64,000 nucleotides of DNA, taken from Botryllus schlosseri (taxonomy: Eukaryota). The stretch covers positions 11,408,001 to 11,472,000 of the forward strand of contig CM119372.1 in NCBI GenBank assembly GCA_051294905.1, read 5' to 3'. Each line of letters opens with the position of its first letter. Position 1 is the first letter of the stretch. Shown here piece by piece: positions 12,563-23,707 of this stretch. Below the pieces are notes generated by a model, which did no database searches, was not told the DNA's origin, and saw only the letters and a list, made by a program, of their open reading frames with translations. A program made the translations under genes and the position numbers.

Positions 12563-13215
12563 TGTAACTTTGATTTACTATATAGGCCCAAATACGCACC
12601 TTACGTACGTACGTACGTACCATCCTAAAAAGGTTGACTACTTTCACATATACCACCACATCGAAAATGTTGGGTTAACGTCGAATTTTCCTCATGTCGC
12701 CATGCCGCTACATGTTTCTGGATATACGTAGTATATGCCTGTCGCGATATAGACAGCATCCCACCCTTGAGTTTTTCCATTCAGATCTGGCTTTGCTGGG
12801 CATGCCCTGGGTTTCTGGGTTTTATTCCGAAAATCTAAGTTTTACAACATCATGTAACTTGGTATCACTTTTCCGGTTTGAAAATATTTAATTCCGTCAT
12901 TATCAACTTAGTAAAGGCAGTTTTAGCAAGGTTCGAATTATTCTCACAATACTTTTCGTCGCGATTCGCATGTAACTCACCACATGACCACGACCAATTA
13001 AATTTTAATTTCAGGGGCAAGCGATTAGTTCTGCATCATTTACGACTGTAATTAATTATACAGTGAAATTTCAGACGGTGTTTCTCATCTATCTCATTGC
13101 CGTAGAATCCCTGGTGGTCTCAAAAATATGGATTTTACAAGTCCCATTACTAGGACTAAATTTTGTTTTCAAAACTACTCCATATTGAGGTTGAAGTTTA
13201 GTTTAGTTTAATATA

Positions 13216-14180
13216 GGGGGAGATGTGATACCGATGGATCAAAAATTGGAAAATGATCGCTGGCCCCAAAATGTTCAGCCGAAAACAGCAGATCTTTTGC
13301 CGGATCAGCACTTTCATGCAAGCCATAGCTATTGCGCTCATATCCATGAATATCCGTCTTTTCAAAAATATTTATGGATGTTCAAAATTTGTTGCTCGAA
13401 CGTATCATCGGTCCCCACCCAGTGGGTCCAATAGCACACGACCCGGGAACCTATGAGACATACTGTCAAAAACTCAGATGTGACAATTTTTCTTGCTCAG
13501 TATTGTAATCGCAGCTACAGCAAGCTAAAGAAGAATGTTTGGTCGCAAATATCAAAAAAGATAATAAATAATAACTCAAATGTTGCCATAAAATCACGTT
13601 TCGATTTAGTCTCGAGCTTATAAATTTGAGGGTATATGCAGATTGCCCGAAAATCGACATTGTGACTTCCAAATACCTCGTTATAGCGATAAAACATTCT
13701 ATGTAATTATTACATAAAGAGTTTCTGTACGTAGGCGGGTTTCAGTTGTTGCATGATTAGTATGCTTGATTATTTTGCTTGATTTTGCTATTGTATCATC
13801 GGTCCCCACCCTACGAATTTTATACATGAATCGAAAAAAATTTCACTCGAGGAAGGTATTGAATAAAATAATAGGTGCCATTATATAGCCTGATACAAGC
13901 CCTACACTTCACAATAAAAAAGATTGCTGGTTTGTTCGTGTTGAAGGTTACGAAGAAAAATGTATGCGTCGATCGAAATTTAGTTTACACCCCCCAAAAC
14001 AGAAAACATCTGTCAGAGACCCCATATAGCTCGCGCCCGTCGAAATTTTTTGTTAGTGAGGAAAGATTTTGCCAGCATGCAATTGTAAACAAGTTCACGG
14101 AGTTTAATCAAGGAATTATCATAGAGAATTTTTAAAGTATTTTCGGTCCCAGGGATCCATCGGTACCACATATCTCCCCC
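13216..14180. mobile_element. Non-autonomous TIR element flanked by TATA
   Basis: TIR GGGGGAGATGTGATACCGATGGATC / GATCCATCGGTACCACATATCTCCCCC; TATA on both sides. Superfamily not determined. Confidence 0.65.
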
Positions 14181-14749
14181 TATATTCAGGAAGTCATTTC
14201 GGATAGTTACTGTCTTCTGAATGTATCACAATGTTGTGATGCCTTGAAATGTTGATACAGTGGTTGTAATATTAATTAGCCTATATAGTTTCCACAGAAC
14301 CACTATTATGGATAAATATGTGCAAAAAGACTCATTCATTAAAATTTCCATTTTGCCTATCTGTACAGATTGAGATAGAATAACTGTCGCCCTCAGCTGA
14401 TATACCAGATCTTTATATCGAGAAACGTGATGTAAATGTAATGCTGTAGTGAACGCGAGCATAATCGATATCTACCGCGCTTAAAAAATATTACATGTTG
14501 CAAAGCTATACAAGATAGATTTCACATGTGTTAGGACTTTTGTTATTCGAACACAAAACAAATCCAGAGTTTCTACTATAGGTTAGGTAATTCAAGGTAA
14601 ACAGCCTCCGGCATGACTAAATTGTCAGCGCTCGTCTATATTCATAACATGCACTGCAAAGCACAGTGCATACGTACATTAGTATTTTATGTTGGTTTTA
14701 GCTAGAGATATAAGGAGAAAACTAACCTAGTAATGACCATTTCAAGCAT

Positions 14750-15600
14750 ATGATGAATAGTATGGAATCTATGTTATTGGCATTTACAATCTTGCTGCTT
14801 GGCATATACAGCAATGGCGAGCCCGAAGAACGCAAGGTAAGAAATGTAATTTAACAAGATAGTGATAGACCCTATAAATGGCGTTCAAAAGACGCGTAAA
14901 ATCAGTGGAACTAACAGGCGGTATTCTCTGTTTCAGTTTTTGAATGAGATTATTGACGCAAGTAAGTAAGATCTTACGATTTATGTTCGGTTGGAATTGG
15001 ACCATGAGTTTTTGTATCGACAATCCCAAACGATTTATTATTCGTCTGTCAGCACTAAACAGCAAATTCGATGACATATTCGCGGGGGAGGATAACTCAG
15101 CTACGGCTTTGGATATGTTAAAGTACAGCATCGAGGAAACAACGATAGAGCCCACATATTTGGCAAAAGTATTTTACGAAGCCTTCGATGTTACTTCCGA
15201 TGCAGGTTACATTACAATGTTGTTTCAATAGCAAGTGTCTGGACAATTTAAACATCCACTTCAGAACTTGGTGATCACAAATTCAAACTGGAAGACGCAG
15301 TAGATATGATGAATAAAGTGATAAAGCACTTTCAAAAGTAAGTCACAAAATGGAAAAGAGTTAATGACCAACCACGTGATTCAATAGTAGTGAAAGATAC
15401 TGACTCGACGCCGATGGGAGATTATAAATTATGTCGCTCCAGACTACAATGGCTATTTTGTTTCTCATCGCTTATTGCCTTTGTTGAGCAATGAAGCATG
15501 TCATTATACACTGCGACATTTTTACAGGTTGGCCATCCACGCTGGTAAATCTATGTCACCTGAAGACGAGATTCCTGATCAATCCAAGGCGGAGCTGTAA
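14750..15600 (+). CDS. ER-lumenal small protein, paralog 2 (136 aa; C-terminal KAEL); exons 14750-14836, 14937-14961, 15053-15205, 15265-15337, 15528-15600
   Basis: Signal peptide MLLAFTILLLGIYSNG; internal exons of 25/153/73 nt as in paralog 1; exon 3 has 19/51 identities to paralog 1 without gaps; ends SPEDEIPDQSKAEL*. Confidence 0.85.
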
Positions 15601-15958
15601 AGCGGATTGGAGATATATTAGGCAAATTTATGAAATTATTTGCGTGCGTGAATTGCGTGTTAGCATGTTGAATTGTAGTCCCACAAACACAAATAAATAT
15701 ATTTGAGCAATGTTGTGTGTGAAGTCTGCATGACAGTTCCGTTGTTACACAAACCTGTTCCCGCTTCACTTACATGCACATCGTGAGCCCGGAGGGCACC
15801 GTTCCGCACGATCATACTTCGCAGCGTTCTTCCGTATTCACGGTATTAGCCACTAGCCACAAATTGTGCTAGCAGAATATGTACCGGTCACGAATGATCA
15901 ATAAATACTAGACTGCAGCAGTGTTAGAGTATTCATCGCAATTCGGTACAACGGAATC

Positions 15959-17783
15959 ATGATGAGTTACATTAGAAGTCTTTCTTTGCTTCTGTTTGTT
16001 GTTTCCGTGGAATCAGGACAATTTGAGCTTCCAGATCTGAAGGGTGTAAGTCTTGTTATTCTGATCGAATCCAGTCGATTACTTTAGCAACACTGTCACT
16101 TTAAAATTCACAGGCCTCTGACTCGCTCATTGATATCGGTGAGTAATATCTTGGGTATTCTTAGCGATTTGTAAGGTCTGTTCGCAAATATCGCTTATTG
16201 CAGTCACTGATCTATATAGTTACACGAGATGCTTCCGCTCACATGCTATCTGGATCATTAACACTACAGTACTGTGCATAACGATTACTCTATTTTAATC
16301 CGAATCTAGTATCAATTGAGATGATTCGAGTCGAGATGGCGGAGTCGATGCTTTTGGGTAGTTGTTTCGATGGTCTTTTGTCACCGCTCGAGTCTGGAAA
16401 TGGCGAATTCCTTATCATATCTTTCAGTTCAAGTAGCACGAGGCTGTACGACGGTACTCACGTTCATTGAAATGACATTTCTGTGATCGGCACGCAGTAC
16501 TGTCACATATAGCTACATTGATTGTGACTGGCAGTACTTGCATATTAGTGATCAAGTGTTATTGTAATGACGTCATAATAAAGCCTACTCAATTCAGAAT
16601 CGAATCACTGAGGTACTCGATTTGCCCCGGCCCTAATTATAACCCACAAGTTTCATTTCATGTCCTAATTGTTTAAGGTATACTGGAGACGTGTGCTGAG
16701 CTCTGCATGTGAAGTGCCTCGTAGTCGTAGTTGACACTTGTCCTGTAGCATGTTTTGTGCTATTCGACCAATAAAATCAGGCTAGGCTTGCTAAGTAGCG
16801 TAAATTTGCACTTACTGATTTCCCATTGGCGATTGATCATTTAATTTATCTTCTAGTGCTTTCGGATGATTTCGACAGAATGTTTAACCAAGGAAAAGTG
16901 AAGATAAGCGGCCTGAAAATATTAAGACACATTGAAGAGAATACCAAATTACGTGGCGAAAACTTCGAAACGCTCTTCCGTGGTCTAATCGGCGCTGAAT
17001 CAATGGCAGGTTATAAATACATATTGCTCTTTTGACTGCAACTCGGGGCCTACTACGTTATCATAGGCCCCGCTGCAACAACTTAAGATCGGACGATCGA
17101 TCAGATCGTCAAGCTCAAGGTAATAACATGCTATTTCCCATATATTTGACCGAAATTGGCTTTTTGGAATCAGTGATTCTGAGCGGTTTATTTCGTTGAA
17201 ATTTACATTGTATACACATATGAGCCGACATAAATTACTTGGTGCATTTTATTTTTACACTACTTATTTTACACTACTGTCGTTATCAGCTATAGCCCAC
17301 CTTTATATGCATAGTGTATTTAGATCTGGAAACAAAGAAATTCAGTTGGAATCAGGCCACGTCAGTTATCAATGCAATCATAAAGTTATCGGACAAGTGA
17401 GATTGTTGGATTTTTCTATCACACATGTCTTTTATCGGTTACTCTAGCTTTATAGCCGAATATATCGGTGTCGCCAGTAAGCCATCTGCGTTGTTGAAAC
17501 TATCTATCAAAAACCTATCTATTTTTGAAATATATTTATTTATACACCAACTAGTATTCAGAAAACGGTTTGATTAATAAGCTTTCCAAATACATTGGAC
17601 CCATTTGCAATCACCGTATGCATAGTGTACATTACTCGTTATTTCTAATTTGTCAGTATTTCCGTGAATGAATCCCGGAAACCGAACACCAAGTACAAAG
17701 CAGAAGACGACAGGATCACTAAAGCGAAAAAACTGATGAAAGAAAAACGCAAAAAGACGAAACAACAAAAGCAGGAATTATAA
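15959..17783 (+). CDS. ER-lumenal small protein, paralog 3 (154 aa; Lys-rich tail, C-terminal KQEL); exons 15959-16045, 16114-16138, 16857-17009, 17324-17396, 17657-17783
   Basis: Signal peptide MMSYIRSLSLLLFVVSVESG; same 25/153/73-nt exons and phases 0/1/1/2; exon 4 begins DLETKKF versus DLEKKIF in paralog 1; ends KKTKQQKQEL*. Confidence 0.85.
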
Positions 17784-20216
17784 CGAATCATTGTTCCAAA
17801 TGACTTACAAGTAGTCTTCCCAATCGGGATTCAAGTCCAACTTGACCAGAAACCCGAGTTTTTATGAAAATAGAACAAATTACTGGAATGCGCGATTCGG
17901 ATTCGTTGAATGCTATTCCTGCACCGTTGATTATTATATTGATTATCGCAATATACTAATAGCACTGTTGCTCACGATAAAATGACATGATGACTGATGA
18001 CAGAATGTCAGAATATCTGTCAAAAGTTATGATATAATAATTTGCATTTGTCAATATTGCAGTACTGTTTAAAGTGGGCTTGTTCGTTTCAACTAATAAA
18101 CATTTCGTTAATGGTATAGGGAGATAGGTAATAAGGCCCAACGATGCAGATGGATATTTGAAAAATCAATAATCCGTCAATGGCACTATACGTGACAATA
18201 TTTCTGTTTGGCTCGATTTGTTGATGCAACTTTATGTTTGTCTCGCGCTAACTTCGAAAATGGAAATATCCTTTTCATATTATAGATTGCCTACTTTTCA
18301 ATTTACCCCCCCCCTATTATTTCCTCAGGAAAATTTCTGGTTTGAAAGCTGTTTGTGTAAACGTACGTACACCCAAGGGTGTACCAAAATTTCAAAAGGG
18401 TGTACCTCTCAGATGGGGTGTACTGGGGTGTACCGGATCCGCGTTTAAATGGACCAATGGCTAGCTATCACAATAGGCAAGTTTAAGCTTCAGAACATCT
18501 GAACCGAGAGTGCAATATCGTACAATGTTCATATCAGCTTTACCCAGCTTGTATATGGCATTCCTTTTGTGATGTCACAAGCAAATGTTTCTCATAATTT
18601 CACAGCTGGTTTTCAACTTATTCATTCCTTTCGGAATAGAACAGGGCGGAGTTGACTGTGTTCTGTTCAGCATACCACATTTGTATATAATGATTCTCTA
18701 GGAAAACGGCACGAGAGCTCATACATTTTGAATTGGTACTTCCTGCGACATGCTTATAAATAGTGCTTAGCCAGGGAGTCTCAAGGGGGTCGAGTTTGAG
18801 AACCACTGTGTTAGATCGTGGTCCGGTAATGGCGAGCTCTGATTAGTATTTATCATTTCCAATAAGTTGAAGCCTTGCTCATCCTTATTTCAACAGACCA
18901 GAGGTGGCCAACCTGCAGCCGTAAAACAATAATTATGCAGCCCTCTACAGTCTACACATAATTAAATTAGAGTGTGTTGGCGGCCCACGAGCTGGTTCCC
19001 ACATCTTTGTGAGATTTTAATTAAACTTGAACATTTTCTTCACGCTTGTTGCAATTCAGGGTGGCAATGGATAAATATTTGACAGTAATAAATGAAACAA
19101 CCAATTATCGACAAAATTAATTTTCCAAGTGGAAATTTTTTTTCGCGCACTGTGCGACTATAGACAAGGAATCCAGATAACTTTTCCTTTTTGATCTCCC
19201 GGACCGGTAAAACTTCAAAACAAACGTTGCAGACCAGTGAACTATCAAAAACCAAATATGACTCTAAATTTAATTACGACAAATCCCTGCAACTTAAATG
19301 TAATATTGGAAACTTCATTTAATGATGTCTTCTTGATACTAGATATTATTATATGGTTCTCTTCTGCAAGGCGAAGTTTGCTGATTGTGATTGTTAGGCA
19401 TTGAAAGAAATGCGAGCGTTCTATTTACTATAGATGGGGTCGGGAACCTATGGCTCATTTGGGTGGGCCAAGACATGGCTTTTTGACAAATTCTTAATTT
19501 TGAACTTAATAATTTGTTGACCAGTTGCTGCAATATTGATAAATTTTCATATCGACCAGAATAATTATTCTCGTGGAAGCATAAACATGTCTTTGAGAGG
19601 TCAGTGGGGTATTCAAGGTTAAAGGCTCATATTTCCTTTTCAAAATCCTCAAATTTAAGTTGCTGTCGTGCCGGCGACTAACACGACTCGCGAATTCGAT
19701 CTACCCGACATCGCGTATACCACGAAATCTTGGATTGCACGACAATAGCAGACATGGCGACGCTTGTACGAAAATTCAGTTTTCAAATACACATTGTCTT
19801 GTCTAATACGCCGAAAAATGAAGCGGCATTTACAATTACAAATTAAAATCAACGCCATAATTATCCATGTTATGGATTGGTAAGTAGCTTTGTAGTACCG
19901 CCGTAAAAATATAGGCCTGTAGCGCAACTTTATGTTACGCCGAATATACATGCGAAGTCGATCAATATTTCGATTTTGAAAATCAGTGCGACAATTTGAA
20001 TAATATCAGGGAATATAAATTCTAAGCTATATTTACGATGAGTTTCGCTATCACAGGGCCTCTATTATACTGCCAAATTCGCTTGATTGCACTGTCGGAA
20101 TTTACCGAATTTCGTTTAAAAGTCTCTGTACCTTTTGCATATAACTTGTCCGAAATAAACTGGTTCTTTATCACCATTCACCATGCACCATTGTGACGCT
20201 CGCCTAGAGTATAGAC

Positions 20217-23112
20217 CAGTGATTCTCAACCGCGGCTCTCCGAGCCGCATGCGGCTCTCGACTGCTCTCCGTGCGGCTCTCACTAACGATGTGAAATCAT
20301 TGATGCTTCTACGGAAATTCTAATTATTCATGATCATAAATAAATCGCGCCTTCAACACAACAAATGTACGTTTATGTTCACGTTTACTGACGCGAAGGT
20401 CATTCCCTGATCACAATAGAATCCTACGTAATACAAGTTGTACGGGTTGTGACGTAACATTACCGATAGTAATTTCGGTAGGCTTTAAATCCGAACCTTT
20501 ACTGCTTTACTGAAGGCTCTGACCGTCTGACCTAAGCCTAATCAGGTGTCTGTAATGAGACGGGCGAAGTTTATTTCGCTCGAGACGGCGGCTCATATTA
20601 GAATACGGGTGACAAGAGACTCGGTCAATAAGACAATCAACGTTTGGGGTAACTGCAGGTACTTTATTTTCTTACTCTTTGCTTTGATCTTGATAGCGTT
20701 AGAAAATATCGGAGACTTTGGTTCAATGATAATGTCAGGTTCAGATCAACCTGCAAAGAAATCTCGCACCCTTGTGCAAGAAAATCGGGCCTTTCAAAGT
20801 GAATGGGAAGAGGCGTATTTTCAAATTGAGGAAAACGGCAAAGCGAAATGCCTTCTGTGCCCTATAATAATAAACGGTGTAAAATCTTTCAACGTTAAGA
20901 GGCATTATAAAACACATGCGGGAAAATACGACGTCTATCAAGGTGAATCAAGGAAACGGAAGTTAGAATGTCTGAAAGCAGAGCGTAGCAAACAAGGAAA
21001 AATGTTTTTAAAAAAAAAAGAACCCGAAGAGGTAACAATAACATCATATAAGATCAGTCATCTATTGGCCAGCAATATGAAGCCATATTCTGATGGCGAA
21101 ATTACGAAGCAGGCTATTGTTTTGTTTACCGAAGACAATTGTTCTCCTGCCATTCAGCAGAAAGCTAAAAAATTGCAGCTTAGCAATGATACAGTAACGC
21201 GTCGTGTCGATTGCATATCCCAAGATCTGCATGAGCAACTTATTCACAAGTCGCAAGATTTTTCTTACTACTCGCTTGCTCTTGACAGCACTAACGACAT
21301 TACCGACATAGAGCAATTAGCTGTATTCATCCGGGGAGTCATGCCAGATTTCAAGATTTGCGAGGAGTTTCTTACTTTGCGATCTATTCATGGCACAACG
21401 AAGGGAACCGACATGTTTCGTGAATTTCATGCTACTCTTCAAGAAGCGCATTTAGACCCATCGAAATTATATTCATTGGCGACAGATGGCTGCCCAGCAA
21501 TGCTCGGCAAAAATCTAGGTCTTCAAGGACTCGTCAACAAATGGCGTGCTGAACAGAATCTTGACGCTGTGACTTGGCAACACTGCATTATACACCAGGA
21601 AAGTCTTGTTGCTAAATCATTAAAGATGTCCAATGTGACAGATATAGTAATATCGACCGTAAATTGGATTCGAGCAAACGCACTTAACCATCGAAAATTC
21701 AAGGCTTTTCTCACCGATATTGATGCTGACCATGGAGACTTGATCATGTTCACCGCTGTACGATGGCTAAGCCGAGCTGCATGCCTCAAAAGATTTTACG
21801 CGCTACTTCCTGAGATTAAAATATTTGTCGAAGGAAAGAAAGACATCCCTCAGTTGGGAAACGAACACTGGGTTGCTGACTTGGCGTTCATGGTGGATAT
21901 TACCTCACACCTGTCGTCACTAAATCGGAACTTACAAGGAAATAACAAGCTCTGTCACGCCTGGTACGGGACAGTGTCTGGTTTCATTGAGAAATTGTGT
22001 CTTTGGAGAAAGCACCTAGAGGAGGGTGTTACGACACATTTTGTAACGCTTTCAAACCACCGACAGAATGGATCATTCAAAACATATGACCAGGTTATTA
22101 GTACCTTGATTGACGGGTTTAAACGTCGAATAGAGGGAATGCATCATTCCGTACCCCTGATGAATATATTTTCAAACCCAATGGCAGTAGATGCCGCCAC
22201 TGCCCCTGATATTTTTCAGATGGAACTGCTGGACTTGCAGTCCGATATAGAATTGCGACTGTTGTTTCAAAGCAATGGACTCCTTGAATTTTGGGGTGCT
22301 GTTCCTGAAGAAAAATACCCCAACCTGATAGCTAACGCATCGAAGAATGCCTGCATGTTCGGTTCAACCTATGTATGTGAAGCCCTTTTCAGCAAATTAG
22401 TGAGGATCAAAAGCAAATATCGCAACCGATTGACTGATCGTCATCTGAAACAGCTCTTGTGCACAGCTTCCTCCACGATGAAACCTCGTTATGACAAACT
22501 TGTGAAAAATCAAATTCAATTTCAAGTTTCGCACTAAGTTGCAAAATAGATAGTGATCACCACAGATTTAGCGTCACGCCTTGTTCATCCAAACTCAATT
22601 CACATGCTCTCGGAACTCAGAAAGATTGTGGATTAAGTCTCAATAAACATGTTGTGACGCTAAATCTGTGGTGATCACTATCTATTTACTATCTGGAAGA
22701 ATGTAAATTGTAAATCATCCGCAATCGGCTTCAACGGTGAAGGGTATACCTCGGTATACCATCGGTGAAGGGACGTGGCTGGGTAACGTCGTTTCGGAAG
22801 TTGTCCGTATGGGGAGTGCCCGCTGTCACAGTGTCGTCTGGGGAAATTGTCGTATTTGTTTTGGCCGTCGCTGTTTGAGCCAATCGCGGTTTTGGCCGTC
22901 GCTGTTATGGCCGTCGCTGTTGTGGCCAGTCGGTGTTTTGGCCGTCGCTATTAAGGCCGTCGCTATTTTAGCCGTACACCATTTCGTTGATACCATTTTT
23001 GATGATATTTTTCTATTCTCAATAAATTACGTTATTCGTGCCATCATGCGGCTCCCGACAGAGTTGAGGTTCATAAAATGGCTCCCACAGTGAAAAAGCT
23101 TGAGAACCACTG
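20217..23112 (+). mobile_element. Full-length hAT DNA transposon, Buster/Charlie/SPIN-like (2896 bp)
   Basis: TIRs CAGTGATTCTCAA / TTGAGAACCACTG; perfect 8-bp TSD GTATAGAC (20209-20216, 23113-23120); internal transposase ORF. Confidence 0.95.
20726..22537 (+). CDS. hAT (Buster family; GTF2IRD2/EPM2AIP1-like) transposase, ~603 aa from the likely ATG at 20726
   Basis: Uninterrupted ORF with BED-type finger (KCLLC...NVKRHYKTH), catalytic motifs SLALDSTND and LATDGCPAM, HCIIHQESL (CxxH), VRWLSR, and FGSTYVCEALFS. Confidence 0.95.
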   Translation: MIMSGSDQPAKKSRTLVQENRAFQSEWEEAYFQIEENGKAKCLLCPIIINGVKSFNVKRHYKTHAGKYDVYQGESRKRKLECLKAERSKQGKMFLKKKEPEEVTITSYKISHLLASNMKPYSDGEITKQAIVLFTEDNCSPAIQQKAKKLQLSNDTVTRRVDCISQDLHEQLIHKSQDFSYYSLALDSTNDITDIEQLAVFIRGVMPDFKICEEFLTLRSIHGTTKGTDMFREFHATLQEAHLDPSKLYSLATDGCPAMLGKNLGLQGLVNKWRAEQNLDAVTWQHCIIHQESLVAKSLKMSNVTDIVISTVNWIRANALNHRKFKAFLTDIDADHGDLIMFTAVRWLSRAACLKRFYALLPEIKIFVEGKKDIPQLGNEHWVADLAFMVDITSHLSSLNRNLQGNNKLCHAWYGTVSGFIEKLCLWRKHLEEGVTTHFVTLSNHRQNGSFKTYDQVISTLIDGFKRRIEGMHHSVPLMNIFSNPMAVDAATAPDIFQMELLDLQSDIELRLLFQSNGLLEFWGAVPEEKYPNLIANASKNACMFGSTYVCEALFSKLVRIKSKYRNRLTDRHLKQLLCTASSTMKPRYDKLVKNQIQFQVSH

Positions 23113-23707
23113 GTATAGACCATGAACTCTCATTTGCGACATCATACAAATAAATACGTTTCAAACTTCTAAATACCGTTAAAATTTGACTTATTTCTGT
23201 AATTAATGGATAAGCGCCCAACTTCTCGCATTCTGGAATTACGATAATAAAATTCATATATATCTGGCGAACCGGCAGGAAACTTGCCACGGACCTGCAC
23301 CGGCGGTTGAGAACCACTGGTGTATAGCTTCGGCGGCGAGTGGAATAGTGGTGCATTCCTCCATTCCAACACCAATGCGTCGCGGGATTTGGTCGGACTC
23401 TAAAATCCCTGGGCTATCCGTAGGCTCCTCATTCGGCTCATTGCCATCCTGTATACCTACATGCTGTGTCTTAAGAAACATCTAAAAGCGGGCCGTTCTC
23501 TGCTGACAGCTCACTGAGCTCAGACATGAATCATGTAGAGATTAGCGGCCTGTCGTAAAATGATCATTTATGTCCAAACACCGTCAATACAGAATAACAT
23601 ATATAGAGCTGTGGTAAATGTCGATATAGTAGGAATCAAGATGCGATTAACTAACATAAATAATACCGCTAAATAGATTCAAGCATGATAATAATCGATA
23701 TCAGCCT

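Noticed and set aside
16204-16297. Alternative exon-3 candidate for paralog 3 (VTDLYSYTR...*)
   Set aside because: No homology, early stop, adjacent to repeat sequence; the 153-nt exon at 16857 fits the family exactly.
20546-20725. N-terminal 60-aa extension of the transposase ORF from a GTG
   Set aside because: Non-ATG start and no similarity to hAT proteins; the ATG at 20726 is more plausible.
23254-23481. Acidic minus-strand ORF GIQDGNEPNEEPTDSP...
   Set aside because: Runs into a hAT MITE end with no donor; more likely 3' UTR or an alternative last exon of the peptide gene read in another frame.
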